From the NCBI GenBank assembly GCA_048938025.1, contig JBHLMP010000002.1, forward strand, positions 62,088-126,087: a DNA stretch of 64,000 bases, in the 5' to 3' direction. The stretch is from Promethearchaeota archaeon (GTDB taxonomy: Archaea > Asgardarchaeota > Lokiarchaeia > Sigyniarchaeales > SOKP01). Positions 9,466 through 19,185 of the stretch are shown here, piece after piece (the first letter of the stretch is position 1; each line of letters opens with the position of its first letter). Made by a program: the position numbers and the translations under genes. The notes beneath the pieces are model-generated. The model had not been told where the DNA came from. It made no database searches and saw only the letters and a program-made list of their open reading frames with translations.

Positions 9466-10554
9466 TTATTTTTGATTTTTCAAATACTCATTCATTTCCA
9501 CAAAACTACTCGTTCTTATTAATGCAGCTTTAAGAAATTGGAAACCAATATCATATGTCGATCCATCACCTCCGATATGAATAATCCAAGGAATTTCATG
9601 ATCATATAGCCCTTTAGCTTTCATAATCTTTTTCGCAGTGGAGATAGCTTCAGCGACAGTAGCACCAGATTCAAATAAGTGGTGTACCCAAGGAACATTC
9701 CATGAGGTCACGTTATCTTTTGAAGTTGAGACCTCTGAACAACTAGTGTTATTCACATAAATTATGTTAGTATTAGCAACCGCAGTCGCAGCTGTTGCCA
9801 TTTGATTTAATACCATTCCGGCACCACAACCAGGACATAAACCATGACCTGGTTGTAGATGAGTTTGAGGCTGTAATTTCTTCCGATTAATTCTATAAAC
9901 TTCAACAGGTTTCTCAGCACCGAAATTTTCTATTAATTTTTTCAGTTTATTATTTCTTTGTTCTGTTAGATAAATAATTTCATCAATCTCTTTTTCCATA
10001 AATTTAGGTTTAAATAGATGCCTAAATTTGCCCATCGATTTAAGATACTCTACAAATTTTTCTTTATCAATATCTAATCCGCGATAATAGGTAAAAACAG
10101 GGACGCCATCTTCTACTCTGACTGTATAAAGCGGCCAATATCCACAATCAGTTGCCAATTTTGAGATTTTGAGAGTATCAGCAGCACCATGTCTCCACCC
10201 TCTCATACAATCCGAATATGCTTGAATGAAAGCAGATCCATCCGATTTAAGAGCGTCTGCTACCTTTCCCATAAAATCATTAGGATATGCTGGATTTACA
10301 GTAGCTAAGAAGAGCTTTATTGTCCCATAGAAAGCAAATGGGGTAACTAAATCTTGCTTGACACCTATTTTACCTGGGATCTTTTCTCCCGCAGGACCAG
10401 TCGTAGTGGAAGCATAAGGTGGTGTAGCTCCACTTTCTTGAATTCCTGTATTCATAAAAGCTTCATTATCGTAGTTGAAAAATAGAACATTAGATTTTTC
10501 ATTTCGGACTAAAATATCCTCAAAATTAATTACATTCCTCTCTGGTTTTGACAT
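9466..10554 (-). CDS. porB: Pyruvate/2-ketoisovalerate:ferredoxin oxidoreductase beta subunit, circularly permuted
   Basis: All PorB motifs are present (YDNEAFMNTGIQ, GHGLCPGCG, TSC, GGDGSTYDIG), but the normally C-terminal half comes first. Confidence 0.9.
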   Translation of the reverse strand: MSKPERNVINFEDILVRNEKSNVLFFNYDNEAFMNTGIQESGATPPYASTTTGPAGEKIPGKIGVKQDLVTPFAFYGTIKLFLATVNPAYPNDFMGKVADALKSDGSAFIQAYSDCMRGWRHGAADTLKISKLATDCGYWPLYTVRVEDGVPVFTYYRGLDIDKEKFVEYLKSMGKFRHLFKPKFMEKEIDEIIYLTEQRNNKLKKLIENFGAEKPVEVYRINRKKLQPQTHLQPGHGLCPGCGAGMVLNQMATAATAVANTNIIYVNNTSCSEVSTSKDNVTSWNVPWVHHLFESGATVAEAISTAKKIMKAKGLYDHEIPWIIHIGGDGSTYDIGFQFLKAALIRTSSFVEMNEYLKNQK

Positions 10555-10558
10555 TTTA

Positions 10559-11785
10559 TTAATCCACCCCGTATATTTTTTCTTTAGTTTCTCTCACTCC
10601 TAGATAATGATATAGTTGTCCCTTCATGTCTGTAACAGCTTCCATTTTCTTTTTCGCTACATTAAACTCATCTCTCGTAACATCACGTCCACCTAAACCA
10701 ACTATAAAACTTCTAAATAAAGTGCCTAGTGGATATAACGCAGAGGCAACAGACATTGAAAATGGTGGTAGCATCCCATTTAACGAGTCGCTTTTTTCTA
10801 ATAGAATTAATTTTTCTATATTATGGTCTTCCACAATTTTTCGAAATTCTTCATATGGAAATGGTCGATATGCTCTTATTTTAATTAAACCGACATCCTT
10901 GTTTTTTGTCATCCAACTAATAATATTACCGCATACTGAGCCCATTGTACAAAAAGCAGTTTTTGAAGAGTTGTCTAAATTATAAGTTTCAATCAGATTA
11001 TAGGCTCTTCCCGTTTCGGCTTCGAACTTTTTGAAGACATCAACCATTTGACCTAAAACTGGTTGTTTTGCTTCTTCCAACTGTGCTCTTCCTTCCATAA
11101 AATAAGAAGGAGTAACAATACCACCCCATGTACCGGGTTTTGAAGGATCAATTGTATGTCTTGGCTTTTTAGGGGTCATTTTTTTGACTCTTTCATCTGG
11201 AATTAGTGTTAGTTTCTGTACTGAATGAGATATTATAAAGCCATCATGTACAAATATAGTTGGAAATAATGAGTCTTCTGAGATCATAACAGAAATGATT
11301 GCAGCATCATAGGTCTCTTGAACATTTTCAGATACAATTATATTCCAACCAAGTTCAGAATTCGTTTGAGTATATTCCCAAGAATTCCAAATAGATAAAT
11401 TCGGTGAATTAAAAGCCCGAGCAGAAATCATCATCGTTAAAGGCAATCTCCACCCTACAGCCATAGGAAGAGCTTCTGTCATCAATAAATAACCTTGACT
11501 TGCGGTAGCTGTAAAAGCTCTTGCTCCTGCTGCACAAGCAGCAGTTGAAAAACTTATTGCAGCTAATTCGGATTCTACATTTACAAATGCTGCTTTTAAT
11601 CTTCCGTTATGAACAACATCGGATAATCCTTCAACTGATTGGGTCTGAGGGGTGATAGGAAAGGCGCATATGACATCTGGATCAGTTTGAGTAACTCCCC
11701 CGGCAACTGCATAATTTCCAATCATAGTAGTTACTATAGGTTCCTTAATTTCCTTAAAAAATATCCTCATCGGTTCTATTGACAT
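10559..11785 (-). CDS. porA: Pyruvate/2-ketoisovalerate:ferredoxin oxidoreductase alpha subunit
   Basis: GNYAVA, FPITPQT, VESE, ARAFTATASQG, DGFIISH, GLGGRD. The ATG at 11785 has a GAGGTGA SD. Confidence 0.9.
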   Translation of the reverse strand: MSIEPMRIFFKEIKEPIVTTMIGNYAVAGGVTQTDPDVICAFPITPQTQSVEGLSDVVHNGRLKAAFVNVESELAAISFSTAACAAGARAFTATASQGYLLMTEALPMAVGWRLPLTMMISARAFNSPNLSIWNSWEYTQTNSELGWNIIVSENVQETYDAAIISVMISEDSLFPTIFVHDGFIISHSVQKLTLIPDERVKKMTPKKPRHTIDPSKPGTWGGIVTPSYFMEGRAQLEEAKQPVLGQMVDVFKKFEAETGRAYNLIETYNLDNSSKTAFCTMGSVCGNIISWMTKNKDVGLIKIRAYRPFPYEEFRKIVEDHNIEKLILLEKSDSLNGMLPPFSMSVASALYPLGTLFRSFIVGLGGRDVTRDEFNVAKKKMEAVTDMKGQLYHYLGVRETKEKIYGVD

Positions 11786-11799
11786 TTTTTTCACCTCAT

Positions 11800-12818
11800 C
11801 TATTCTGGAGCGGCACAAGCTGCTGGTCCTTGTTTTAATCGTTTGCTAATAGCTTCAACAGGACAGATTTCTAAACAATTTTGGCATGATTTACAATGCG
11901 ATTGATCAATACCTTTCATATGCCATAAACCATCCTCACCTTTTTCTCTAATAATAGCAAAATCAGGACAGATATACCAACATTGAGCACAATCAGTACA
12001 TTTTTCTTCATCCCAAATCATATCCCATTCACCCCATGAACCAGTATTTACTTGCTTGCTACCTATCTCTATAACATCTTCATCGCAATACCACACACCA
12101 GCTTTATCTACTTCCTTATACCCCGGTAATCCTGGAAAAACTTGTTGCCAAGAAACTTTTGTATCTTCAGCAAAATTAATTGTAGGAGCATTTGAAGTCT
12201 CATATATACAAGTTTCTTCATAAGCTTTTTTTATAGCTGCTACATTTTTACCAGCGATTTCACCTTTAAACCGACGCAGTATTGCATCAGCTAAAGCATC
12301 CATAGAGAAGATTGGAACCACATGAATAAGTGCTCCTAAAATTATTGTATTAGTTATATTTCTGCCAAGAATTTCCATTGCAATATTTAATGCATCAATC
12401 GTTGCGATATTTATATCTTTTCGACCAACAATATCTTGAATAGTCCTTTGATCCATGACAGTATTTACTATAAGCCATCCACCGGGAGCCAATCCTGCAG
12501 TAACATCTATTTCACCAAGAAGAGAGGGATCTAATACTGCGACTGCATGTGGAGCATAAACTTGCTCATTGCTTCTTACTAAATCATCATTTGCACTTAA
12601 ACGTACATAACTTTCAGTTGGAGATCCCATTCTTTCGGCTCCAAATAAGGGTTGACAAACACCATACCCGTAAAATGCTTCCACACACAGATTTGAGGCG
12701 GTCACTCCGCCTTGTCCTACGGGAGAGAGAGAAACTCTCAAATCTCTCCGCGGGCATGAAAGCGTAAATTTATAACATTCGATTTTAATATTTCTTTTAA
12801 TTGTTCTGGAGTTAACAT
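11800..12818 (-). CDS. porG: Fused POR gamma-delta subunit, interrupted by a 29-nt insertion (candidate intron); 329 aa if spliced
   Basis: Exon 1 (ATG 12818) reads MLTPEQLKEILKSNVINLRFHARG. Exon 2 reads GQGGVTASN...FGAERMG...NTIILGA, then NTGSW and two CxxCxxCxxxCP ferredoxin motifs (PorD). Confidence 0.85.
12717..12745 (-). other. 29-nt hairpin insertion, candidate BHB/BHL-type archaeal mRNA intron
   Basis: Breaks the frame with an in-frame TGA. Central helix GCGG/CCGU has 3-nt bulges AGA and AGG. Cutting after the second nt of each bulge gives CGC GGA GGA CAA (R-G-G-Q). Confidence 0.6.
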
Positions 12819-12964
12819 TTTTGGAAAATCTCTTTAAATTTATTAAAAAGTCAATTTCTATTAAATAAATCTTAGGATTGAATTTAAGTTTTTTATATTA
12901 ATTTTATAAAAAATTCAAGAGATACCCTAAAAAAATTAATACATAAATTTAAATAAAAAACCCA

Positions 12965-14143
12965 TTAAGAAAATTCATTATTTAACTTTTTAACGACTTC
13001 CACACATAGAAATAGAGTATTTTTCATACTTTCTTTAGAAACTATCCTCATATTATCTTTTTTAGTATGCACTAGTTTTAAACCAGGCTGAGAAGCTATC
13101 CAACATGCTTCAAAACCTTCTTGAACAACAGGCATATAATCAGACCAAGCACCAGTTGGTAAATATATATCCTTAGCTTTAATATTTAATTCCTTTGCGC
13201 TCTTAAGAAATAATTTATTTAATTTTTTTGAAGAGACTTTTCGTGGTATTCCAAATGAAGTTATTATTCTAATTAGGTCAGTACCTCCAATTAAATCAAA
13301 ATTAATAAAATATGTGGAATTTTTATCAAACTTATCCTTATGTTGTTGTAGAAAACTCTTAATTCCTCCTAGATTCAATTCCTCAGAACTAGTGCACAAA
13401 AAGATAAAATCTAAATTATTTACTAAATTATTCTTGAAATATCTGGCGAGTTCAATGACAACTCCGACTCCTGCTGCGTTATCATAAGCTCCAGGAGAAT
13501 CATTGCCAGTTTTATTAAAAGAATTAAGTATTCCTATAACTGAAACAGTAATACTAATACCTAACAAAACATGATTTAATATTGGTATTTGGTAAGGATT
13601 AAATATTTGAATTATACTTAAAATTAAATATAATAAGAGAATGATAATCGCTCCTAAAGCAGCAATAATTATAATAATAATCCTCATTGACGAGGAAAAT
13701 AATTGAGATTTCGAGTCCCAATGAGCTATGAAAACAACTGTGCCTTTAGAATCACTATTTTTTAAATTACCATAAATATTTTCAGTTTCATAATTTTTCT
13801 CTTCATTCTTCATAAGCTTTATTTCTGAAGTAGTTGCCATACCAAGAGCTCTAGATGCGACAAAAGCATTTATTATAATCAAAATTAAAGTAATCCACGG
13901 ATTTATATAAAAAGAGATGGCTAAAAGAACTAAAAAGAGTCCAATTGGCAAAAATAATAATCGGACTGCAATCCAATTATGAAAAGAAGTTTTAAATTTT
14001 TCACGATGAATTGTATCATACCCCGCTTTTCGAAACTCCTCTAAAACGACTTCAATTGCTTTTTTTTCTCCCTCTGAACCTATTAGACGAGGAAAAGCGA
14101 GACGTTCGGTTATTCGATATGCATTATCTCCATTAACAGCCAT
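12965..14143 (-). CDS. Membrane-embedded M28 family peptidase
   Basis: PRLIGSEGE, AHWDS, PGAYDNAAG, SEE, NFD, SDY, HTKKD motifs, with inserted TM helices. Confidence 0.85.
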   Translation of the reverse strand: MAVNGDNAYRITERLAFPRLIGSEGEKKAIEVVLEEFRKAGYDTIHREKFKTSFHNWIAVRLLFLPIGLFLVLLAISFYINPWITLILIIINAFVASRALGMATTSEIKLMKNEEKNYETENIYGNLKNSDSKGTVVFIAHWDSKSQLFSSSMRIIIIIIAALGAIIILLLYLILSIIQIFNPYQIPILNHVLLGISITVSVIGILNSFNKTGNDSPGAYDNAAGVGVVIELARYFKNNLVNNLDFIFLCTSSEELNLGGIKSFLQQHKDKFDKNSTYFINFDLIGGTDLIRIITSFGIPRKVSSKKLNKLFLKSAKELNIKAKDIYLPTGAWSDYMPVVQEGFEACWIASQPGLKLVHTKKDNMRIVSKESMKNTLFLCVEVVKKLNNEFS

Positions 14144-14312
14144 TTGATTTATCTTATTTTAAATATCTTCTTATATTATCTATATATTTATCTTTAAAAA
14201 CTATTCTATTTAATATATTTTCAATAAAATCAAGTTTATAGGACTTAGAATATTTTTCTTAATAATAATTAAGCAAGGCTCATAATGATATATACGTATC
14301 TCGTCTACTAAG

Positions 14313-15644
14313 ATGAATTTATCCAAAAAAAAATTACCTTCAAATCCCACTTCTCATAAGATTACGCCAGATTTCGTGCCTATGATTCGAATTGTTTTTT
14401 GGAATAGTATGGGCTTTTTCTTTTTTTCATTTCTGATTCCTTATGTAACAGCTCAACTCTTAGGAGCTTCAGGTACACAATTAGGTTTTATGTATGCTAG
14501 TCAAATCTTTGGTGCGTTAATTAGCGCACCAATAGTTGGATATTTAACTGATCGATTCTCTAAGAAGTTGCTGGTTCTAATTGGAAGTTTTGGTCGTGGA
14601 ACTTGTTATCTTTTAATGTATCTAGGAATCATTTTTTCCTCTTTAATAATATTTGCAATTGGTCTGTTTGTTCAAGGATTTTTCGTTGGATTCTTTTGGA
14701 CTCCTTTAGATGCATTAATATCCGAAAAATCCCATAAAACAACTCGATCGTATGCTTTTGGTAAACGAGGGGGAATGATGGGCTGGGGCAATTTTTTTGG
14801 GTCCATCCTTAGCTTTATAATCTTTGGCATTGCTAATTTTTTTGTACCAAATAATAGATTTTTGGTTTATAGCCCTTTAATCTTATTTACCATTTCTAAT
14901 GTATACGCAGGAATTATTTTTAATCGTCATGTAAATGAGGAACTTACATATGACCATTATATTACTAATATATATCCCCCTTCAGTAGAATTTTTTATAG
15001 AATCCCAAACTATTGATGTTTCTTCTTCTAACTCTCAAACACATAATAATCTAGCTTTTGGTTTTTTAGTAGGATTTATCTTTTTAACCGTTGCATTTAT
15101 GACTAGCAATATAAATCAGTCATTAGCTCCCCCCTTCTTTCAAGTGTATTTAATAGATGAGATTGGAGTAAATAATGCTACAATGGTTATGTTAATATAT
15201 TTCCCGAGTCAAATTATAGCTATGCTCCTAGCACCTAAATTAGGTAAGATTTCCGATAAGATAAATCCAATGTTAGGAATTGCTATTGCAAGTAGTTTTG
15301 GATCATTGGTTACTTGGTTGATTGTTAATACAACCTCAGGATGGGAATTTGGCGTTATTTTAACTTTTGATGCGACATTTGCTTGGGCAGGAATGTTAAT
15401 TTTACAAAATTTTGTTAGCCGTGTTTCAAAAAGTCACCGAGGTAAAATTTTTGGATTAACTCAGTGGATGAGTTTATTTGGAGCATTAATAGGCCCCATT
15501 TTAGGAGGATTAGTATGGGATCATATAGGTCCTAAAGCACCATTTATTATATCTATTTTCGTAGAATTATCAGTAATTCCTCTTTATTTTATAGCAATTA
15601 GGTTTTTAACTCCTCATATGGCTGAGAAAATAGAAGAAAATTGA
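14313..15644 (+). CDS. MFS transporter
   Basis: About 12 TM segments, motif A (GYLTDRFSKK, GKISDKI), GPILGG. Confidence 0.85.
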   Translation: MNLSKKKLPSNPTSHKITPDFVPMIRIVFWNSMGFFFFSFLIPYVTAQLLGASGTQLGFMYASQIFGALISAPIVGYLTDRFSKKLLVLIGSFGRGTCYLLMYLGIIFSSLIIFAIGLFVQGFFVGFFWTPLDALISEKSHKTTRSYAFGKRGGMMGWGNFFGSILSFIIFGIANFFVPNNRFLVYSPLILFTISNVYAGIIFNRHVNEELTYDHYITNIYPPSVEFFIESQTIDVSSSNSQTHNNLAFGFLVGFIFLTVAFMTSNINQSLAPPFFQVYLIDEIGVNNATMVMLIYFPSQIIAMLLAPKLGKISDKINPMLGIAIASSFGSLVTWLIVNTTSGWEFGVILTFDATFAWAGMLILQNFVSRVSKSHRGKIFGLTQWMSLFGALIGPILGGLVWDHIGPKAPFIISIFVELSVIPLYFIAIRFLTPHMAEKIEEN

Positions 15645-15664
15645 AAAAGAATTTAACAAATCTT

Positions 15665-16585
15665 TCATAAAAACTCCTTATACCATTCAATTGGAAGATT
15701 TTCCTTAGCAAGTTTTAAAAATTCTTCCATTTTTAAAATTCCTAAATCAGAAATAATCCCAGTTATGTATTTCGAAGGAGTTATATCAAAATAATAATTA
15801 TGGATTTTTAATAATTCTTTTTGACTTTCCTCAGAGTATAATTCGTTAGTCGGTTTCTCTTCAATAATAACTTCCTTACCATAATGATCTTTTAAATTAT
15901 ATTTAAAAAAATCCCCCACCGCATAAACATCAATATTTTTTTCATTAGCTAAGACTGCTAATGGAAATGTACCGATTTTATTTATTATTGAACCATCTTT
16001 TAAAATACTGTCAACACCAATCAATATTAGATCGATCTGATCAATAAATTTACCCATTGCTGCATCTATTATGAGATTCGTTTTAAAATACGATGATAGG
16101 GTTTCGGCAACCCGTATTCCTTCAAGGAGAGGCCTTGATTCTAAGATAAAAATCTCAAAATCATAATTTTTATTTTCTATTAATTGGTTAATAATAGTTG
16201 AACTATAGGATATTAACATGATTTTAGGAGAAGAAACTTTTATATTTCTTAAAAAGGTGCGGAAAGCTTTTGTAAGTGCTTTTTCTCTTTCTACTTTATC
16301 AACATAAAATTGATCTATTCTTTCTTCTAAAATTAATTTATTTACTTTTTCTAAATCATGAATCAAATATCCTATCATATTGATAAGTGGAGCCATACTT
16401 GGTCGTGAATCAATTATTTGCTTTATTAATTTAAATATTTCTTCTTTAATACTTTCATTTGGTTCTTCAACGGACTTTAACTGTATTTTTACTATTTCAA
16501 GAGCTTTATCAATTAATTCATTTGCTCCTGATATATTATCATTCCTTAAATCTTCCAACATTAGTTGAATATTAACATTATTCAA
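15665..16585 (-). CDS. eIF-2B alpha/beta/delta-like protein (aIF-2B / sugar-phosphate isomerase family)
   Basis: SGA, RPSMA, SYSST, ESRPLLEG, GVDS...INKIGT, FDITP. Confidence 0.85.
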   Translation of the reverse strand: MNNVNIQLMLEDLRNDNISGANELIDKALEIVKIQLKSVEEPNESIKEEIFKLIKQIIDSRPSMAPLINMIGYLIHDLEKVNKLILEERIDQFYVDKVEREKALTKAFRTFLRNIKVSSPKIMLISYSSTIINQLIENKNYDFEIFILESRPLLEGIRVAETLSSYFKTNLIIDAAMGKFIDQIDLILIGVDSILKDGSIINKIGTFPLAVLANEKNIDVYAVGDFFKYNLKDHYGKEVIIEEKPTNELYSEESQKELLKIHNYYFDITPSKYITGIISDLGILKMEEFLKLAKENLPIEWYKEFL

Positions 16586-16956
16586 CTTGGTAATTCCCCT
16601 ATTTCCGATTTTTTTATCATAAAATCAATTTTCATTAATAGTTTTTGCACAAATTTTTACACCCAATCAATAGAAATTTTTAAGAATTCTGCATATGACT
16701 TTTTATTCTTTCTTTTTCAGACATATATGATTGTCATCTGTATTATTAATTCATTTAATTACTTATTATAGAATTAATGATTTGATATTAATTAATAAGA
16801 GAAAATAAATTTGTTTTAGTATAATTCTTAAAAGAATATGTTATAACAACTCTTTCTAATAAATTTAATAGATTTACCTTAAAAAGTTGTTAATATAGAA
16901 TTAAAATAATAAAAAAAAAAATTTTAATTTTTAAGTCTTCTGAAATAACAGAATTA

Positions 16957-19185
16957 CTATCTGCAGTGGAACCAGGTATACTTGTTTATAGAGAAGCTGT
17001 AATCCGCAGGTCCATTTAGAGGAGTTATTATCGCAATCATATTTGAACCACCAAAAAGAAATGGGGACAACCAAGCAGTACCATCGTTATTCTCATCAAT
17101 TACCATATCATAGATAAAAGTGTAAATTGTTCTATAATATGCTCTTCTCCTATACCAATATCTCACATGATCTTCTCGAATTAAGGTTACCATGAAATCG
17201 TCGATTAAGGGAGGTATTGGGAAAAAGACTGCATCTGTTGTATCAGCATCTTCAACTAGAATATCACCAATATAAATATTATCAACCCAAAAACCTGGTC
17301 TTTCAGTTCCCCAATCTGTCATATATCGAAATCCGATCCATACCGTTTGACCCGCATAGGGTGTTAAATCAAAACTCATTGTCATCCAACCATCACTCAC
17401 ACCTGTTAAGCCAGGTAGATTATCAATTATGTCAGGATAGGCACTAGGATCATGGTCTAATGTTGTATACTCATTTGCTAATGATGTCCAAGTTGCACCT
17501 TGATCAGTTGATACTTGAACAAATCCATAATCCCAAAGCAATTCGATGTCATAGTATGTGTCAAATGTTAATGTTGAGGCTGCGCTTAAATCAACTTCTA
17601 TAAACATTTGCATATCTGCTTCAGGTCCAGCAGGAGTAGAATACCATTCTAAATCTCCATCATCATCCATATCTTCCTTTATCCAAGTTGGAAGTATTAT
17701 ACTATCATCTCCATTGAATTCGAATGTTGAGAAAAGAGAGTAAAACCCACAAAAACCACCTATATTATGACCAAATCTGATGTAATCTGAAGCGTATGAA
17801 CTAACATAGTATGTCTCATATAAAGGAAAGTCATCCCAACATACAGTATGACCAAATCCATAACCAGTTAAATCTTTAGGCCAGTGTGATCCGTCATAAT
17901 CAACATTATCTTCAAGATCATACACCCGAATAGGAATAAATATATCTTCATCCCCTAAATCAAAGGTGTCATAGTTATATTTTCCATTCCCAGGCCAGTC
18001 TGTATGGATTAAGTTTGCAATTCGCCAGTCATGAAATACTTCATCGAATGTTAAATCAAATCCAAAATAATTAAGAGCATTCTCAACTCCTGCAAATCCA
18101 GGCATCCCTACTTCCATATAATAGCTTAAGAAGTCAGGTCCACCAAAATGGTCACTGATATAGGCTGTCCACATGAATGCTTGACCATAATCGGCTAATA
18201 TGTTATTGTCGCCTTCTTGATCACCCCATTCTGTAAGGGAATTATCTGGGGTGGCTAGGAAATAGTTTATATCTCCTGTTGGCACTCCATAGCCACAGAG
18301 ATATTCTGCAAATGTAGAGAAACCTTCATTCATAATAAGTAGGTCTCCAGGGACGTAATCTGAATGAAGTAGGTGTTGATATTCATGAGCAATTGTGCCT
18401 TCATAAAGATGTGGACGATCAACAGGTGGATAGTCCATACCAAGCACTTCAGAATGCCATACATATCCTTCAGGTCCGATCCTTCTATACCATTGATGAC
18501 TATCAATAGATATGATATTTCTGTCTATATATCTCTCAATTGTAGAGGAAAAGAAACCAGCAATGTAGAATCGAAAACCTTCATAATAAGCAGCATCTCT
18601 AACGTTTGAAACTAAGATAATATTCTTTCCAGTTTCATCGTAGTAATATCCTGGTGGAACATAACCCAAAGCTTCTAATAATGAAGCACTTCCGTCATGA
18701 TAGTCTGGAGCTCCATAATAAAGTGTATCCTGTGGATAAATATTATCGTCAAATTCAGCTAACAAATATGCAATTTGAGCATCGGTTATTTCTGGATAAT
18801 AATAAAAACCATCCTCATCTTGGTAGGCTGGATTATTTCTTACATCATCTACAGGATAAGATCTATCGAGTTGTACCCAAATCTCTGTATTAGGACTTTC
18901 AGCTCTTAATTCAAAGTCAGTAAAGAAATAATAACCCATATAATCATCAAGGGATAAAAAGGTCTTAACATCACCTACAGCTGCTGCTTTTGTTAGTGAA
19001 CTTGTAGTTAATCCCTTGAAATTTATATCATAAGCAAATCTGTCAGGAGTATCGTCAATTATTAATGGTTCAGTATCCAAAATTTCTTCAGGAGTGCTTC
19101 CTGTGGTAGTTGAAATCAGTGATATACTCGCAATATTTATAAATAAGAAGACTACTAGTAATGCGGTTAGTTGATTTTTTTTCAT
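16957..19185 (-). CDS. Secreted zinc metalloprotease, immune inhibitor A (M6)-like
   Basis: Signal peptide, AHEYQHLLH followed by NEGFS, and a C-terminal beta-sandwich (YDIELLWDYGFVQVSTDQG.TW, FRYMTD). Confidence 0.75.
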   Translation of the reverse strand: MKKNQLTALLVVFLFINIASISLISTTTGSTPEEILDTEPLIIDDTPDRFAYDINFKGLTTSSLTKAAAVGDVKTFLSLDDYMGYYFFTDFELRAESPNTEIWVQLDRSYPVDDVRNNPAYQDEDGFYYYPEITDAQIAYLLAEFDDNIYPQDTLYYGAPDYHDGSASLLEALGYVPPGYYYDETGKNIILVSNVRDAAYYEGFRFYIAGFFSSTIERYIDRNIISIDSHQWYRRIGPEGYVWHSEVLGMDYPPVDRPHLYEGTIAHEYQHLLHSDYVPGDLLIMNEGFSTFAEYLCGYGVPTGDINYFLATPDNSLTEWGDQEGDNNILADYGQAFMWTAYISDHFGGPDFLSYYMEVGMPGFAGVENALNYFGFDLTFDEVFHDWRIANLIHTDWPGNGKYNYDTFDLGDEDIFIPIRVYDLEDNVDYDGSHWPKDLTGYGFGHTVCWDDFPLYETYYVSSYASDYIRFGHNIGGFCGFYSLFSTFEFNGDDSIILPTWIKEDMDDDGDLEWYSTPAGPEADMQMFIEVDLSAASTLTFDTYYDIELLWDYGFVQVSTDQGATWTSLANEYTTLDHDPSAYPDIIDNLPGLTGVSDGWMTMSFDLTPYAGQTVWIGFRYMTDWGTERPGFWVDNIYIGDILVEDADTTDAVFFPIPPLIDDFMVTLIREDHVRYWYRRRAYYRTIYTFIYDMVIDENNDGTAWLSPFLFGGSNMIAIITPLNGPADYSFSINKYTWFHCR

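Noticed and set aside
9466-10554. RNA-level un-permutation of porB by circularisation, as in permuted tRNA genes
   Set aside because: There is no internal stop/start between the two halves and no BHB-like pairing between the gene ends, so the permutation appears to be at the protein level.
12738-12740. In-frame TGA in porG as a selenocysteine codon
   Set aside because: Readthrough meets TAG seven codons later and never enters the downstream frame. The position does not correspond to a Cys.
12718-12743. TTG start at 12741 (ORF track) or a -1 frameshift at ATT-TGA
   Set aside because: The TTG start drops the conserved first beta-strand and RG. A frameshift would insert about 10 residues into the RGGQG loop. 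Both fit worse than precise removal of 29 nt.
16586-16790. Stop-interrupted protein-like frame upstream of the eIF2B-like gene, and ORF 16565-16771
   Set aside because: It could be a decayed gene, but no homolog is recognisable.
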